NCBI GenBank assembly: GCA_017403145.1
Contig: JAFQOO010000002.1
Location: 408-64,407 of the forward strand
Source of the DNA: Clostridia bacterium
GTDB lineage: Bacteria > Bacillota > Clostridia > Christensenellales > DTU072
Direction: 5' to 3'
DNA length: 64,000 nucleotides
Shown: in pieces, positions 25,634 to 35,188 of the stretch
Position numbering within the stretch: position 1 is the stretch's first letter
Layout: each line of letters begins with the position of its first letter
Notes under the pieces: generated by a model
The model's input: only the letters and a program-made list of their open reading frames with translations
Database searches by the model: none
Told to the model about the DNA's origin: nothing
Translations under genes and position numbers: made by a program

Positions 25634-26170
25634 ATGCAAAAAATGACGATTGAAAAGTTGTGGAAATGGAATTCTTTTTTTGGCGTAATAGTAGCTTTGT
25701 TGCTTTCCGCCCTGCAACACTTTTTATATGAACTTATTCCTTTAGGTATAGTTAAAATATTTGCTCCTTGCAGTGAAAGCCTTGCCGAGCACGTTAAAAT
25801 TGTTTTTTACCCTATGCTGATTTGGTGGGTTTTTACCTATATAATCTTTCGTAAAGCAAAAGGAATAAACGTCTATAAATGGTTTACTGCAACTTTTGTT
25901 GCAACTTTTTCGGCTATCAGCTTGTTAGTTATGCAATTTAGCGTGATTTTTTATGGCTTTGCACTAACTATGGATAGTACTTTTGTGCATATACTAATAG
26001 AGATTGTCTCTTTCGTGTTATCGTTTAGACTTGGATTTCACGTTTATAAACACGCAAAAGAAAACAAGATTTTTTTTATAATTGGAGCTTGTGTTATAGG
26101 GATAATGGCAATCTTAATGGGTGTGTTTGCCTATTATCCACCCCAAGTCCCCATTTTTATTGCACCTTGA
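25634..26170 (+). CDS. Integral membrane protein (DUF6512-like)
   Basis: Contains HFLYE and SESLAEHVKI blocks and about 5 TM helices. There is no SD; TATACT-N6-ATG suggests a leaderless start. Confidence 0.5.
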   Translation: MQKMTIEKLWKWNSFFGVIVALLLSALQHFLYELIPLGIVKIFAPCSESLAEHVKIVFYPMLIWWVFTYIIFRKAKGINVYKWFTATFVATFSAISLLVMQFSVIFYGFALTMDSTFVHILIEIVSFVLSFRLGFHVYKHAKENKIFFIIGACVIGIMAILMGVFAYYPPQVPIFIAP

Positions 26171-26277
26171 GTAATATTTAAGTAACTTAATAGAGAACTT
26201 TTCCTTTTTCGTATTTACAAATCTTTATAGCTATGCTAAACTTTATATATTAAAAATATATACGTGGAGGAAACGTA

Positions 26278-27837
26278 ATGTCGAAAGTTGCTCAAAACGT
26301 TGCAGGCAGTCAAGAAAGACTTACCTCGCACAACTTGTGGTCATTTAGCCTTGGCGGTGTAGGTCGAGACTTGATGTACCAGCTTTTCAACACCTATATG
26401 CTTACTTGTATTTTGCTTACAAAAGGCGTTAACACCGCAGAGTTTGCAATCGTAGGTGTAGTTATAATGTGCTGTCGTATCTTCGATGCATTAAACGACC
26501 CGATTATGGGTTCGATTATAGAAATCACTCGTACCAAATGGGGTAAGTTTAAACCCTGGATTATGATAGGTGCAATTTCTAACTCTATAGTCGTATTCCT
26601 AATGTTCTGGGTACCGTTAAAGGGTATGAGCTTCGTAATTTTCTTTGCGATTATGTATATCGTATGGTCCATTACGTTTACTATGAACGATATTAGCTAT
26701 TGGTCGATGTTACCTTCCCTTACCTCTCATCACGAAGATAGAGATAAGCTTTCCTCTATTGCAAATATTTGTGCAGGTATAGGTGCAGGTCTTGCAACCA
26801 TTATCGTTCCTACCTTAACCACTGGTTCTATGACCATTGGCGGAAGCGCAACTACCGCATTCCCCGTTCTTGCAATCGTTATCGGCATCATCTTTATAGG
26901 TTGCCAATTGATGACTTGTATTTGTGTTAAGGAAAAACCTCTACCTCCTCTCGACCCCAATCGTCCTAAAGTAAATCCTTTAAAACAAATTTTCAAGGTT
27001 CTAAAGGGTAACGACCAACTACGTTGGACTGCAATAATAATGTTTATACACAACTTGGGTAGCTCCATCTTGGGCGGTCTTTCTACTTGGTACGTATATT
27101 TCCGTTTTGGTTATGAAGGCGCAATGGTGTCACTATTCGGTATCTTGACCGGTATCGCTGGTGCTATACTTGTTATTTATCCTTTGCTTGCTAAGAAATT
27201 CAATCGTAGACAAATCAGTAAGATTTGCTTGATTCTCATCTATATCGGCTACGGCGCAATGTTAGCAATTGGCCTAGCAACCCAAAACGTTGAATCAGAT
27301 TGGGTATTCTATCCCATCGCTCTTTCCGGCGCATTCTGGGCTATCGGTCAAGCTGTATTCTATCAAGTACAAACTATCACCATTGCAAACTCCGTTGAAT
27401 ATAACGAATGGAAGACCGGCAACCGTGAAGAAGGTATTATATTCTCTATTCGTCCTCTAGCAGCTAAGATGGGTTCTGCTGCGCAAATGGGCGTTGTAAC
27501 GGTTATACTTTCTATTCTTGGTATCGCTGATATTACCGATAAGATTTCCGAACAAGAAAACTTGGTAAATATGGGACAAATAACCGCAGAAGCTAAGCTC
27601 GCTAATATCGAAGCAATCATTGCTCAAGTACCACAAAGTACTGTAAATTGGTTGCTCGTTTGTATGACTGTTCTTCCTATGATTATTATGACCATCACGG
27701 TTGTACTATACCTAAAGAAGAGTATTCTTGACGAAGAAATGTACGAACGTATGCGTTCTGATATCGAGGCTCGTAAAGGCGCTCAAGAAGAGGAATCTAC
27801 TCAAAAAATCGTTAAGCTTACAAAGGTAAAATTCTAA
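26278..27837 (+). CDS. Glycoside-pentoside-hexuronide (GPH) family sugar:cation symporter
   Basis: The signature DALNDPIMGSIIEITRTKWGKFKPWI and about 12 TM helices. RBS ggagg. Confidence 0.85.
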   Translation: MSKVAQNVAGSQERLTSHNLWSFSLGGVGRDLMYQLFNTYMLTCILLTKGVNTAEFAIVGVVIMCCRIFDALNDPIMGSIIEITRTKWGKFKPWIMIGAISNSIVVFLMFWVPLKGMSFVIFFAIMYIVWSITFTMNDISYWSMLPSLTSHHEDRDKLSSIANICAGIGAGLATIIVPTLTTGSMTIGGSATTAFPVLAIVIGIIFIGCQLMTCICVKEKPLPPLDPNRPKVNPLKQIFKVLKGNDQLRWTAIIMFIHNLGSSILGGLSTWYVYFRFGYEGAMVSLFGILTGIAGAILVIYPLLAKKFNRRQISKICLILIYIGYGAMLAIGLATQNVESDWVFYPIALSGAFWAIGQAVFYQVQTITIANSVEYNEWKTGNREEGIIFSIRPLAAKMGSAAQMGVVTVILSILGIADITDKISEQENLVNMGQITAEAKLANIEAIIAQVPQSTVNWLLVCMTVLPMIIMTITVVLYLKKSILDEEMYERMRSDIEARKGAQEEESTQKIVKLTKVKF

Positions 27838-27903
27838 AAGAAAAACAATTGAAAACTAAACCGACAGGCTTTGGCTTGTCGGTTTAGTATGTATAGGAGA
27901 AGG

Positions 27904-28962
27904 ATGAAATATCTATTTTTTGATATAGAATGTAGTGACGGAAAACATATTTGCAGTTTCGGTTACGTGTTGACCGACTGCAATTTTGTCGTGCTAGAAA
28001 AGAAAGATATTCTCATCAACCCCGAAGCAATTTTCCATACCGGAGCTTGGTCGAAGGCAAAACGCGAAAAGAGTGAAAAGGATAGGGGCATCACGCTTGC
28101 GTATCCCAAAGAAACATTCACGTCGTCTCCCAAGTTTACCGAATTCTACAATGAGATAAAAGACCTTTTAACAGATGCCGATACAAAGGTAATAGGTTTT
28201 GCTTGTGATAACGATGCTCGCTTTATAATGTGGGCTACGGAGCGCTATAAACTTGAATTTATAACCTATACCCTATACGATATTCAACGCGCTTATCGTG
28301 AATATAAAGAGCTTACGTGTCAGCCGGCGCTAGAAAAGGCACTAGAAGACTTTAACGTTGACGTTAGCGAACACGTTGCCCATCGTAGTGATGAGGATGC
28401 TGAAGTTACAATGCTGGTCGCTAAAGGGCTTACAGAAAGGCTGGGTATTACGCTTGACGAACTTTTTGAAAAATATCCTTCCTGTCAAGGCAGGGTAGAG
28501 GATGGTAAGATAGAGTTCACGCGTGTAGAAGGTTCAGTATGCGATGGTGGAAGATACACCGGTACAAATCTAACAAGAAGAAACTATAAAATTTTCCAAA
28601 GCCATATAAGGAAAACGAAGCCGGCATTAGGGAAAAACTTGCCTTTAAAAGGTGAAAAAATTTGCTTTAGTACGTTGTTTGAGGACAAGCACTTTTCCGA
28701 AATGATAGTGCTTATAGAACTAATATCAAAGAACGGCGGTAAATGTGTAACAAGAGCAGCTGAAGCAACTATATACGTGGAAATAGAATCTACTAAGGTT
28801 TGTAGAAGGCTTAGGGTAATAGATGATAGAATATCGCGTGGAAAGGCTGTTAGAAAGATGAATATTGACGAATTTCTAGCTATATTCAATATAACCTATG
28901 CCGACGTTCTAGCTATGGGAGAAAAGTTTAGACTTTCCCATATCGGCAAAATTCTCAAGTAA
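27904..28962 (+). CDS. DEDDh 3'-5' exonuclease domain protein with a C-terminal BRCT-like region
   Basis: Contains FFDIECSDG, ACDNDARF and HRSDEDAEV. The ATG at 27904 has RBS ggaga. The ORF-track start at 27871 lies inside an upstream hairpin. Confidence 0.7.
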   Translation: MKYLFFDIECSDGKHICSFGYVLTDCNFVVLEKKDILINPEAIFHTGAWSKAKREKSEKDRGITLAYPKETFTSSPKFTEFYNEIKDLLTDADTKVIGFACDNDARFIMWATERYKLEFITYTLYDIQRAYREYKELTCQPALEKALEDFNVDVSEHVAHRSDEDAEVTMLVAKGLTERLGITLDELFEKYPSCQGRVEDGKIEFTRVEGSVCDGGRYTGTNLTRRNYKIFQSHIRKTKPALGKNLPLKGEKICFSTLFEDKHFSEMIVLIELISKNGGKCVTRAAEATIYVEIESTKVCRRLRVIDDRISRGKAVRKMNIDEFLAIFNITYADVLAMGEKFRLSHIGKILK

Positions 28963-28997
28963 CATAAATACTAAAAATTGGTAGCTCAAGATACAAT

Positions 28998-29030
28998 AAA
29001 TCCGCCATTAGGCGGATTTATTGCTTTTTT
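28998..29030. terminator. Terminator between convergent genes
   Basis: Stem aaatccgcc/ggcggattt, loop atta, then a T run. Confidence 0.85.
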
Positions 29031-29055
29031 AAGGGAGAGGACAAAAATGGAAAAA

Positions 29056-29463
29056 CTATTCAATGTCTATTCCTAGCTTTTCGTTCTTTTTGGATTGTGC
29101 TTTGGGGATTGTTACGGTCAATATACCATTTTCGTATTTGGCTTTAAGAGCGGTTTCGTCAATATCGCCAACGTAGTAGTTACGCGCGCAACTAACGCTT
29201 CTTTCTTTGCGAATTACCTTTTCGTTTTCTGCATTTATAACTTGTCTTTCCGCTTTGATATTTAGATATTTGTCTTGATATTCAACAGTGATATCTTTTT
29301 TATCGAAGCCGGGTAATTCTACTTCGAGCAAAAATGCTTCATCCCTTTCTGTGATATCGGTTTTCATAAAATCAAACTTTTCGTAGTAAGGGGTAAAGAA
29401 ACTTTCAAAGGTGTCGTTAAAGAAGTTTAACGGATTCCAAGTTCTTGTTGATAACGTTCTCAT
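29056..29463 (-). CDS. Hsp20/alpha-crystallin small heat-shock protein
   Basis: Alpha-crystallin core (FLLEVELPGFDKKDITV, NGILTVTIPK). The ATG at 29463 has RBS aaaggag. The longer ORF would run into the CIRCE operator. Confidence 0.9.
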   Translation of the reverse strand: MRTLSTRTWNPLNFFNDTFESFFTPYYEKFDFMKTDITERDEAFLLEVELPGFDKKDITVEYQDKYLNIKAERQVINAENEKVIRKERSVSCARNYYVGDIDETALKAKYENGILTVTIPKAQSKKNEKLGIDIE

Positions 29464-29495
29464 AATTTTCTCCTTTATCATAATTATTGTTGCAG

Positions 29496-29545
29496 TTAGC
29501 ACTCTGTTGTTTGGAGTGTTAGCACTCTCAACTCTTGACTGCTAA
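29496..29545. promoter_or_regulatory. Two overlapping CIRCE (HrcA operator) elements
   Basis: The first is TTAGCACTC-N9-GAGTGTTAG (29496..29522). The second is TTAGCACTC-N9-GACTGCTAA (29519..29545). The consensus is TTAGCACTC-N9-GAGTGCTAA. Confidence 0.85.
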
Positions 29546-29636
29546 ATTATATCGCGGATTTAATCCTTTGTCAATAGTTTGTGCAAAAATTTTTTTGTTA
29601 AAATAGTATTAAAAAATTTTTTTGATATTCAATCGA

Positions 29637-29666
29637 TTGAAACACTATTACATAGTGTTGTATAAT
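29637..29666 (+). promoter_or_regulatory. Promoter with an 8-bp inverted repeat in the spacer
   Basis: TTGAAA-N18-TATAAT. The spacer contains AACACTATtacATAGTGTT. The ATG lies 6 nt after the -10. Confidence 0.6.
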
Positions 29667-29672
29667 CTTGAT

Positions 29673-30332
29673 ATGATTAAATTAACGGATAAAAAATATA
29701 TTTTATTTGATTTAGATGGTACTCTAACAGATTCATATCCTGCGATTACCACCTCTTTTTTATATGCGGTACAAGGCTACGATAGGACTTCATTTACCGC
29801 AGATGAGCTTTCTAGCATTATTGGGCCTCCTCTTAAAGATAGCTTTATGCGATTGCTTGGCGTGGATGGTTTTGAAGCTTGGGAACTTGTTAAAAAGTAT
29901 AGGGAATATTATAATGCCGGCGGAATGTATAACTGCAAGGTCTATGAAGGTATAGAGGCATTGCTAAAATATTTATCTAATAGGGGTTATAAAGTTGTTG
30001 TAGCAACTTCTAAACCAGAAGTACAAGCTATAAAGGTACTATCACATTTTGGTCTAGATAAATATTTTACTTTGATAGCAGGCGACGACGAAAATTGCTC
30101 TAGAGCAAACAAAAAGGACGTGATTACCTACTGTTTGAATAGACTAGGCTCTCCATCTGTTCAAGAGGTAGTTATGGTAGGGGATAGAAAATACGATATG
30201 CTAGGAGCAAAGGAGCTGGGCATTACTGCAATTGGAGTAACTTATGGATATGGTAGCCATAGTGAATTGAGTAGTAGCGGAGCAGACTTTATAGTTAATA
30301 ATGCAAATGAACTAAAGGAGTTATTTTTATAA
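29673..30332 (+). CDS. HAD-superfamily hydrolase (phosphoglycolate phosphatase/PpaX-like)
   Basis: Motif I is FDLDGTLTDS, motif II is ATSK, and motif IV is GDRKYD. Confidence 0.8.
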   Translation: MIKLTDKKYILFDLDGTLTDSYPAITTSFLYAVQGYDRTSFTADELSSIIGPPLKDSFMRLLGVDGFEAWELVKKYREYYNAGGMYNCKVYEGIEALLKYLSNRGYKVVVATSKPEVQAIKVLSHFGLDKYFTLIAGDDENCSRANKKDVITYCLNRLGSPSVQEVVMVGDRKYDMLGAKELGITAIGVTYGYGSHSELSSSGADFIVNNANELKELFL

Positions 30333-31045
30333 TGAAAAAATATAAAGTAGAAGGACATTTGCACGTTAAAGGCAACAGCTGGTGTGGTAAGACCGAGCCT
30401 AATGAAATAATAAGAATTTATAAGGATAAGGGTTACGATGCTATTATCGTAACTAACCACTTTAACACGAAATTATACAGTGATTACTTTAAAGGAAGCG
30501 ACGAAGAAAAGCTTGAGCAATTCTTTAAGTCATACTATGAGTTGAAAAATAATCAAGAGGGCATCAAGGTGTATTTTGGCGTTGAGTTTGCTCTTGGTGA
30601 TGACCACTATAATTTACCTTTGGATAAAAAGTGTGCCGAACTACTAGTGTATGGCATTACTCCGGATGAATTCAACGAATATGGTATAAAGATTATTTTA
30701 ATGAGTTATAAAGAGCTAAAAGAGCTTGCCGAAAAGATGGGTTGGCTTATATTCCAAGCACATCCTTTTAGAGAAAGAACCAAGAGGATTACTCTTGATT
30801 GTATTGATGGGGTAGAAACCTATAATGGTAATCCAAGACACATCAACCGCAACCTTCTAGCAAAGTCATATAGAGCAAAGCACAACCTTCTCGAAGTTGT
30901 TGGTTCCGATTTTCATATGACACACGACGTTAGCTCTGCAATGATGTTTTACGAATTACCAGAAAACGAAAAAGAGCTAGTTACGGTACTCAAAGAACAC
31001 AAATTTGATGCCCTAAAAGGCAAAAATGCGTTAAAGAAAAAATAA
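30332..31045 (+). CDS. PHP-domain metal-dependent phosphoesterase
   Basis: Contains EGHLHV (an HxH motif), TNHFN, QAHPFR and VVGSDFH. Confidence 0.65.
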   Translation: MKKYKVEGHLHVKGNSWCGKTEPNEIIRIYKDKGYDAIIVTNHFNTKLYSDYFKGSDEEKLEQFFKSYYELKNNQEGIKVYFGVEFALGDDHYNLPLDKKCAELLVYGITPDEFNEYGIKIILMSYKELKELAEKMGWLIFQAHPFRERTKRITLDCIDGVETYNGNPRHINRNLLAKSYRAKHNLLEVVGSDFHMTHDVSSAMMFYELPENEKELVTVLKEHKFDALKGKNALKKK

Positions 31046-31047
31046 AT

Positions 31048-32544
31048 ATGAATTCAATAAAGATAGCGAATTATAGGCCGATTGTGTTATGTGCAATATG
31101 TTTATCTATAGGGATATTCGTTGGTGCACTTACTGCAAACGTTGCCATCGCTTTCTTTGTTTTATTGGGTTTATTTATAATTTTAGCAATAAGCTCCTTC
31201 TTTCTTAAATTTTCTTCATTAAAGATAGGTGCTATATTTTTACTAATTGGATTTGTTTTAATTAGTATCACTTGTTTCACCGCTTATACCGACGACGTTC
31301 ATTTTGATAGCGTATATTTTGAAGGTAGAGTTAAAGAGGTATCCAAACAAAACGAAGATTACAATAGGTACGTATTGGAAGAAGTTACGTTGCTTGGAGA
31401 AGAAATACGAGGCAACGTACTTGTCGACGTTAAAACTAAATTTGAAATTGGTGATAGAGTAGGAATTCTAGGTAACTTTGATAATATAAAATTCAATCCA
31501 TTCAATAGTTATTCTGTTGCTAAGCATAGAAAACAAGTTTATTATTCTTCAAAATCAATAGAGAGTTTCAAAATCGGAGAAACAAAAAAGAGCTTTATAG
31601 AAAAAATCCAAATAAAAATCAAAGATTTGTACGTTGAACAACTTGGTGAGAAGGAAGGTGCTATAGCGTTAGGCTTTGTGCTAGGTGATACCTCGCTAAT
31701 CGATTATGATACATCTTTAGATATGCAAGCGAGCGGTCTATCCCACTTATTCTCCGTATCGGGATTACACGTAGGATTTATGTCTACGATAATATTTTAT
31801 CTATTCCGCATATTCAAGGTAGATAAAAAGAAATCATTCTTTTGGGTGTTGGGTATATTGCTGGCATACGGACTACTAACTGGCTTCCCCGTTGGAGTAG
31901 TAAGAGCTTCGATAATGAGCTTAATGATGCTTTTTGCGGAAATTCGCACTAAGAGATACGACCAATTGAATGGATTAGCACTAGCGGTAATAATACTATT
32001 ACTAATAAATCCGCTTGAACTTTTCTCGGTTAGTTTCTTGCTGAGTGTAGGTGCAATGTTTGGTATAGCTTGTTTCTACAAGCGATTAACAAGTTTATAT
32101 AGGGGCGATAATCTTATAGTCAAAAGGTTGCTGGGTAGCGTAGCAGTATCAATTTCCGCAAACGTATTCGTGTTGCCCATATCAGCTTATTATTTTGGTA
32201 CGGTATCACTATTGTTTGTTCTTGCGAATTTAGTAGTCGTTCCGCTTGCATCACTATCCTATTTCTTCTTGGTACCTCTAAGTTTTGTCGTGCTAATAAT
32301 AAAGCCGTTAGGTATCCTAATAAGACCTATTGGACTACCTATACTCGCAACAAGTTTAATAGCAAGTGGGATTGGAAGTATACCTTTTTCTACTATAAGC
32401 TTTAGTATTCCAGCTATTGCCGGGCTGTTGTATTCGTTTGCTTTTGTTATAATTTCCAGATACTATATGGGCAGTAAATACTCCAAAATTGTTCTATCCA
32501 CCCTTTCTTTTATTACGTGCGCGCTTATAATTTTATTATTTTAG
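31048..32544 (+). CDS. comEC: ComEC/Rec2 family competence membrane protein (no metallo-beta-lactamase domain)
   Basis: Polytopic membrane protein with the competence-domain block SGLSHLFSVSGLHVG, in the classical position upstream of holA. Confidence 0.8.
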   Translation: MNSIKIANYRPIVLCAICLSIGIFVGALTANVAIAFFVLLGLFIILAISSFFLKFSSLKIGAIFLLIGFVLISITCFTAYTDDVHFDSVYFEGRVKEVSKQNEDYNRYVLEEVTLLGEEIRGNVLVDVKTKFEIGDRVGILGNFDNIKFNPFNSYSVAKHRKQVYYSSKSIESFKIGETKKSFIEKIQIKIKDLYVEQLGEKEGAIALGFVLGDTSLIDYDTSLDMQASGLSHLFSVSGLHVGFMSTIIFYLFRIFKVDKKKSFFWVLGILLAYGLLTGFPVGVVRASIMSLMMLFAEIRTKRYDQLNGLALAVIILLLINPLELFSVSFLLSVGAMFGIACFYKRLTSLYRGDNLIVKRLLGSVAVSISANVFVLPISAYYFGTVSLLFVLANLVVVPLASLSYFFLVPLSFVVLIIKPLGILIRPIGLPILATSLIASGIGSIPFSTISFSIPAIAGLLYSFAFVIISRYYMGSKYSKIVLSTLSFITCALIILLF

Positions 32545-32573
32545 TTGTAAAATATATTTAAGTGTAGTATAAT
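32545..32573 (+). promoter_or_regulatory. Promoter of holA (leaderless configuration)
   Basis: TTGTAA-N17-TATAAT, then 6 nt to the ATG at 32580. No SD sequence. Confidence 0.6.
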
Positions 32574-32579
32574 CACACT

Positions 32580-33572
32580 ATGGCAGTATCCCAAACAGCT
32601 ATTAAAGCCATCAATTTTAACGTGAAGAATAAAGGGGGCAATGCCTTTTTGCTTACCGGAGACGACCTATATTGGCGCGACTACGTGGTAAACTCTATTC
32701 TTTCACTTGTACCCGAAGCAGAGCGAGAGTTCAACTATCGCTCCTTTAGTGATATAAAATCGATAGAAGAAACGGAATCGGCTTTTACTTCCACGGGCTT
32801 CTTTGGCGGAATTAACGTAGTATCTATCTCGGGGTACGGAGCAAAAAAGAGTACGAAAGGCGAAACTAAAATAGCCGATAAGGAAAAAAAGCTATTTGAA
32901 AGTTTGGTAACGGGACTTGATGAGAATACCATACTAATCCTTTCAAATTCTAATATTCCTTTAAGTTTATCAAGGTACTTTATAGAGATAGACTGCTCAA
33001 AGCTGGATTTTTCACTTTTGCGTGATTACGTTCCAAAACTTATTGCGCCAAAGAAAATAGATGGAAACGCGCTATATACGCTAGTGGAATATTGCAATCG
33101 TGATATGTTAAAAATATCCAATGAGTTAAAAAAACTCATTGCTTATATGGGTAATAGACAGGTGATATCACACGATATGGTAGAACTACTTGTTGCCAAT
33201 ACCGTTGAAAACGAAATTTATGAACTAGCAAATGCTCTGGCAGATAAAAATAAAACCAAGGCAATGGGGTTGTTTGATAAATTCGTAGCAAAGGGTATCG
33301 ATTACTCGGTAATACTTTCCACATTGGTTGGTCAGTATAGAAGATTGTTGCATTGTGCTTTGTCTAATAGGAGCGATAAAGAGCTTGCCGAAGACCTCAA
33401 GATTAAAGAATGGGCGGTTAAGAGAACTCGTGAAACAGCATCCAGGTATGGTAAAGCTACCCTTAAAGCTTGTTTGGACGATTTGATAGATGCCGAATAT
33501 AACTTCAAGAGCGGTCTTATGGTGGACGAAACTGCGGTAAGAACGGTTATGGCGAAGCTTGTTGCAAAATAA
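32580..33572 (+). CDS. holA: DNA polymerase III delta subunit
   Basis: About 330 aa, comEC-holA synteny, and a C-terminal helical domain pattern (NEIYELANAL...KA...F). Confidence 0.75.
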   Translation: MAVSQTAIKAINFNVKNKGGNAFLLTGDDLYWRDYVVNSILSLVPEAEREFNYRSFSDIKSIEETESAFTSTGFFGGINVVSISGYGAKKSTKGETKIADKEKKLFESLVTGLDENTILILSNSNIPLSLSRYFIEIDCSKLDFSLLRDYVPKLIAPKKIDGNALYTLVEYCNRDMLKISNELKKLIAYMGNRQVISHDMVELLVANTVENEIYELANALADKNKTKAMGLFDKFVAKGIDYSVILSTLVGQYRRLLHCALSNRSDKELAEDLKIKEWAVKRTRETASRYGKATLKACLDDLIDAEYNFKSGLMVDETAVRTVMAKLVAK

Positions 33573-33581
33573 GGAGAAAAT

Positions 33582-34355
33582 ATGATAGAAAAGATTTTTG
33601 AAAAATTGAATAAATTACCTAATTGGTTAGGATTCGTTGCAGTTATAGTAGGATGTCTAGTATCTGCTATACCAAGCGTTCTTAATACCGAGCCTTTGCT
33701 CGCGGAATTTAACTCTATTTTACAAAGTGCCGGCGATTTCCAATATCAAGCTACCGCTACCCCCGGGTTTAAGTATTTAGTGGGTGGCCTTGTATTTGTA
33801 GGCGAATGGCTAATAATGGAGCTTGTTGGACAATTTGTATTTAGTTGGGCGGTATCCTCAAGATATACCAATCGTGGTAAAAAATATTTCCTCAATTCAC
33901 TCAGATATAGCTATGGTGCAATAAGGTTAATCTACGGCTTATATTCATTACTTTCAGTATGGGCACCGAACGTATTCTACTATAGCGCCGATGCGGTTTT
34001 GTTTGTTGTTAGGACTTTGGTGATAACGCTACTTTATTGGGGCATAAGAAAGGAATGTTTAAACGATAAATTCGTATTTAACTGCTACAACAGACTATAC
34101 TTTATATACTTTGTATATAATGGAGCAACTTGGTTGTTGGAGCTATTTACCAATATATTAAGCGGACAAATAGACGTTGGTTATGCAATATATTCAGCAG
34201 TTATGGTTGTAATAGTAGCACTTTGTGCGTTGGCTATATACTTTACCATTTATAAAAAGTTGAAGAAAGAGCAAGAAGATGCAAGAAAGATAATAATACT
34301 TCCTCCCACTTCGGGCGGTGGAGATAGCGAAATTTTTAGGGGTTACGGATTGTAA
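33582..34355 (+). CDS. Integral membrane protein, unknown function
   Basis: About 6 hydrophobic helices. RBS aaggag. Confidence 0.6.
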   Translation: MIEKIFEKLNKLPNWLGFVAVIVGCLVSAIPSVLNTEPLLAEFNSILQSAGDFQYQATATPGFKYLVGGLVFVGEWLIMELVGQFVFSWAVSSRYTNRGKKYFLNSLRYSYGAIRLIYGLYSLLSVWAPNVFYYSADAVLFVVRTLVITLLYWGIRKECLNDKFVFNCYNRLYFIYFVYNGATWLLELFTNILSGQIDVGYAIYSAVMVVIVALCALAIYFTIYKKLKKEQEDARKIIILPPTSGGGDSEIFRGYGL

Positions 34356-34373
34356 TTCCAAAGAGAGGAGAAT

Positions 34374-35180
34374 ATGATACTTGCTTACAGTTTTACATTG
34401 AAAAGTATCGTTGATTTGATGGCGGTAGTAATATTACTAGCTATCATTTTTGCTTTCTTTATGACGAAGAAAAGCATAAAGTTAACCGTGGTTTACTCGG
34501 TAATAGCACTATTCTATTGTGCGATGGTACTTCTAGACGAGCTGTTCTATATTCCTATTGCGAGAGCAGTTGCCGGTATAATCGCTATTATATCGATAGT
34601 TGCGCTTGCTGTAGTATATCAATCGGATTTGAAAGTAGCTTTCTTTAACCTCACCAAGAATTATGATAAGAATGCGCTTGTTGATAACGACCTATCCGAC
34701 GAGGAATTGAGAAAGGCTGTAGACGAAATTATACGTGCTTGTCAATCTATGTCCAAAACCAGAACGGGTGCGTTAATCGTAATAGCGCCTACCTCTATTG
34801 CAACTCACGTTTTGGAAACGGGTGTTCCGCTTGAAGCCTTGGTTTCTAGCACTCTACTAGAAGCGATATTCAATACTCAAACCCAATTCCACGATGGCGC
34901 GGTTATCGTTAAGGGTAACAAGGTGCTTGCAGCAGGTTGCTTCCTACCTCTTTCGCAAAGCCAAACCGTTGCCAAGAATTTGGGAACTCGCCATAGAGCA
35001 GGTATAGGAATTACCGAAGAAACTGATATGCTTACTATTATCGTTTCGGAAGAAACAGGTATTATATCAATTGCAAAGCACGGTGAACTACGTCGCTTTG
35101 TAACTCCCGATAGACTACGCGATATCCTACACGAAACCCTAAAAATCAGCCCTCAAACTCGTTCAAGAAGTATCAAATAG
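34374..35180 (+). CDS. cdaA: Diadenylate cyclase CdaA (DisA_N/DAC domain)
   Basis: Three N-terminal TM helices, then TGALIVI, DGAVIV and GTRHRAGIGITEETD. Confidence 0.9.
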   Translation: MILAYSFTLKSIVDLMAVVILLAIIFAFFMTKKSIKLTVVYSVIALFYCAMVLLDELFYIPIARAVAGIIAIISIVALAVVYQSDLKVAFFNLTKNYDKNALVDNDLSDEELRKAVDEIIRACQSMSKTRTGALIVIAPTSIATHVLETGVPLEALVSSTLLEAIFNTQTQFHDGAVIVKGNKVLAAGCFLPLSQSQTVAKNLGTRHRAGIGITEETDMLTIIVSEETGIISIAKHGELRRFVTPDRLRDILHETLKISPQTRSRSIK

Positions 35181-35188
35181 GAGTACTA

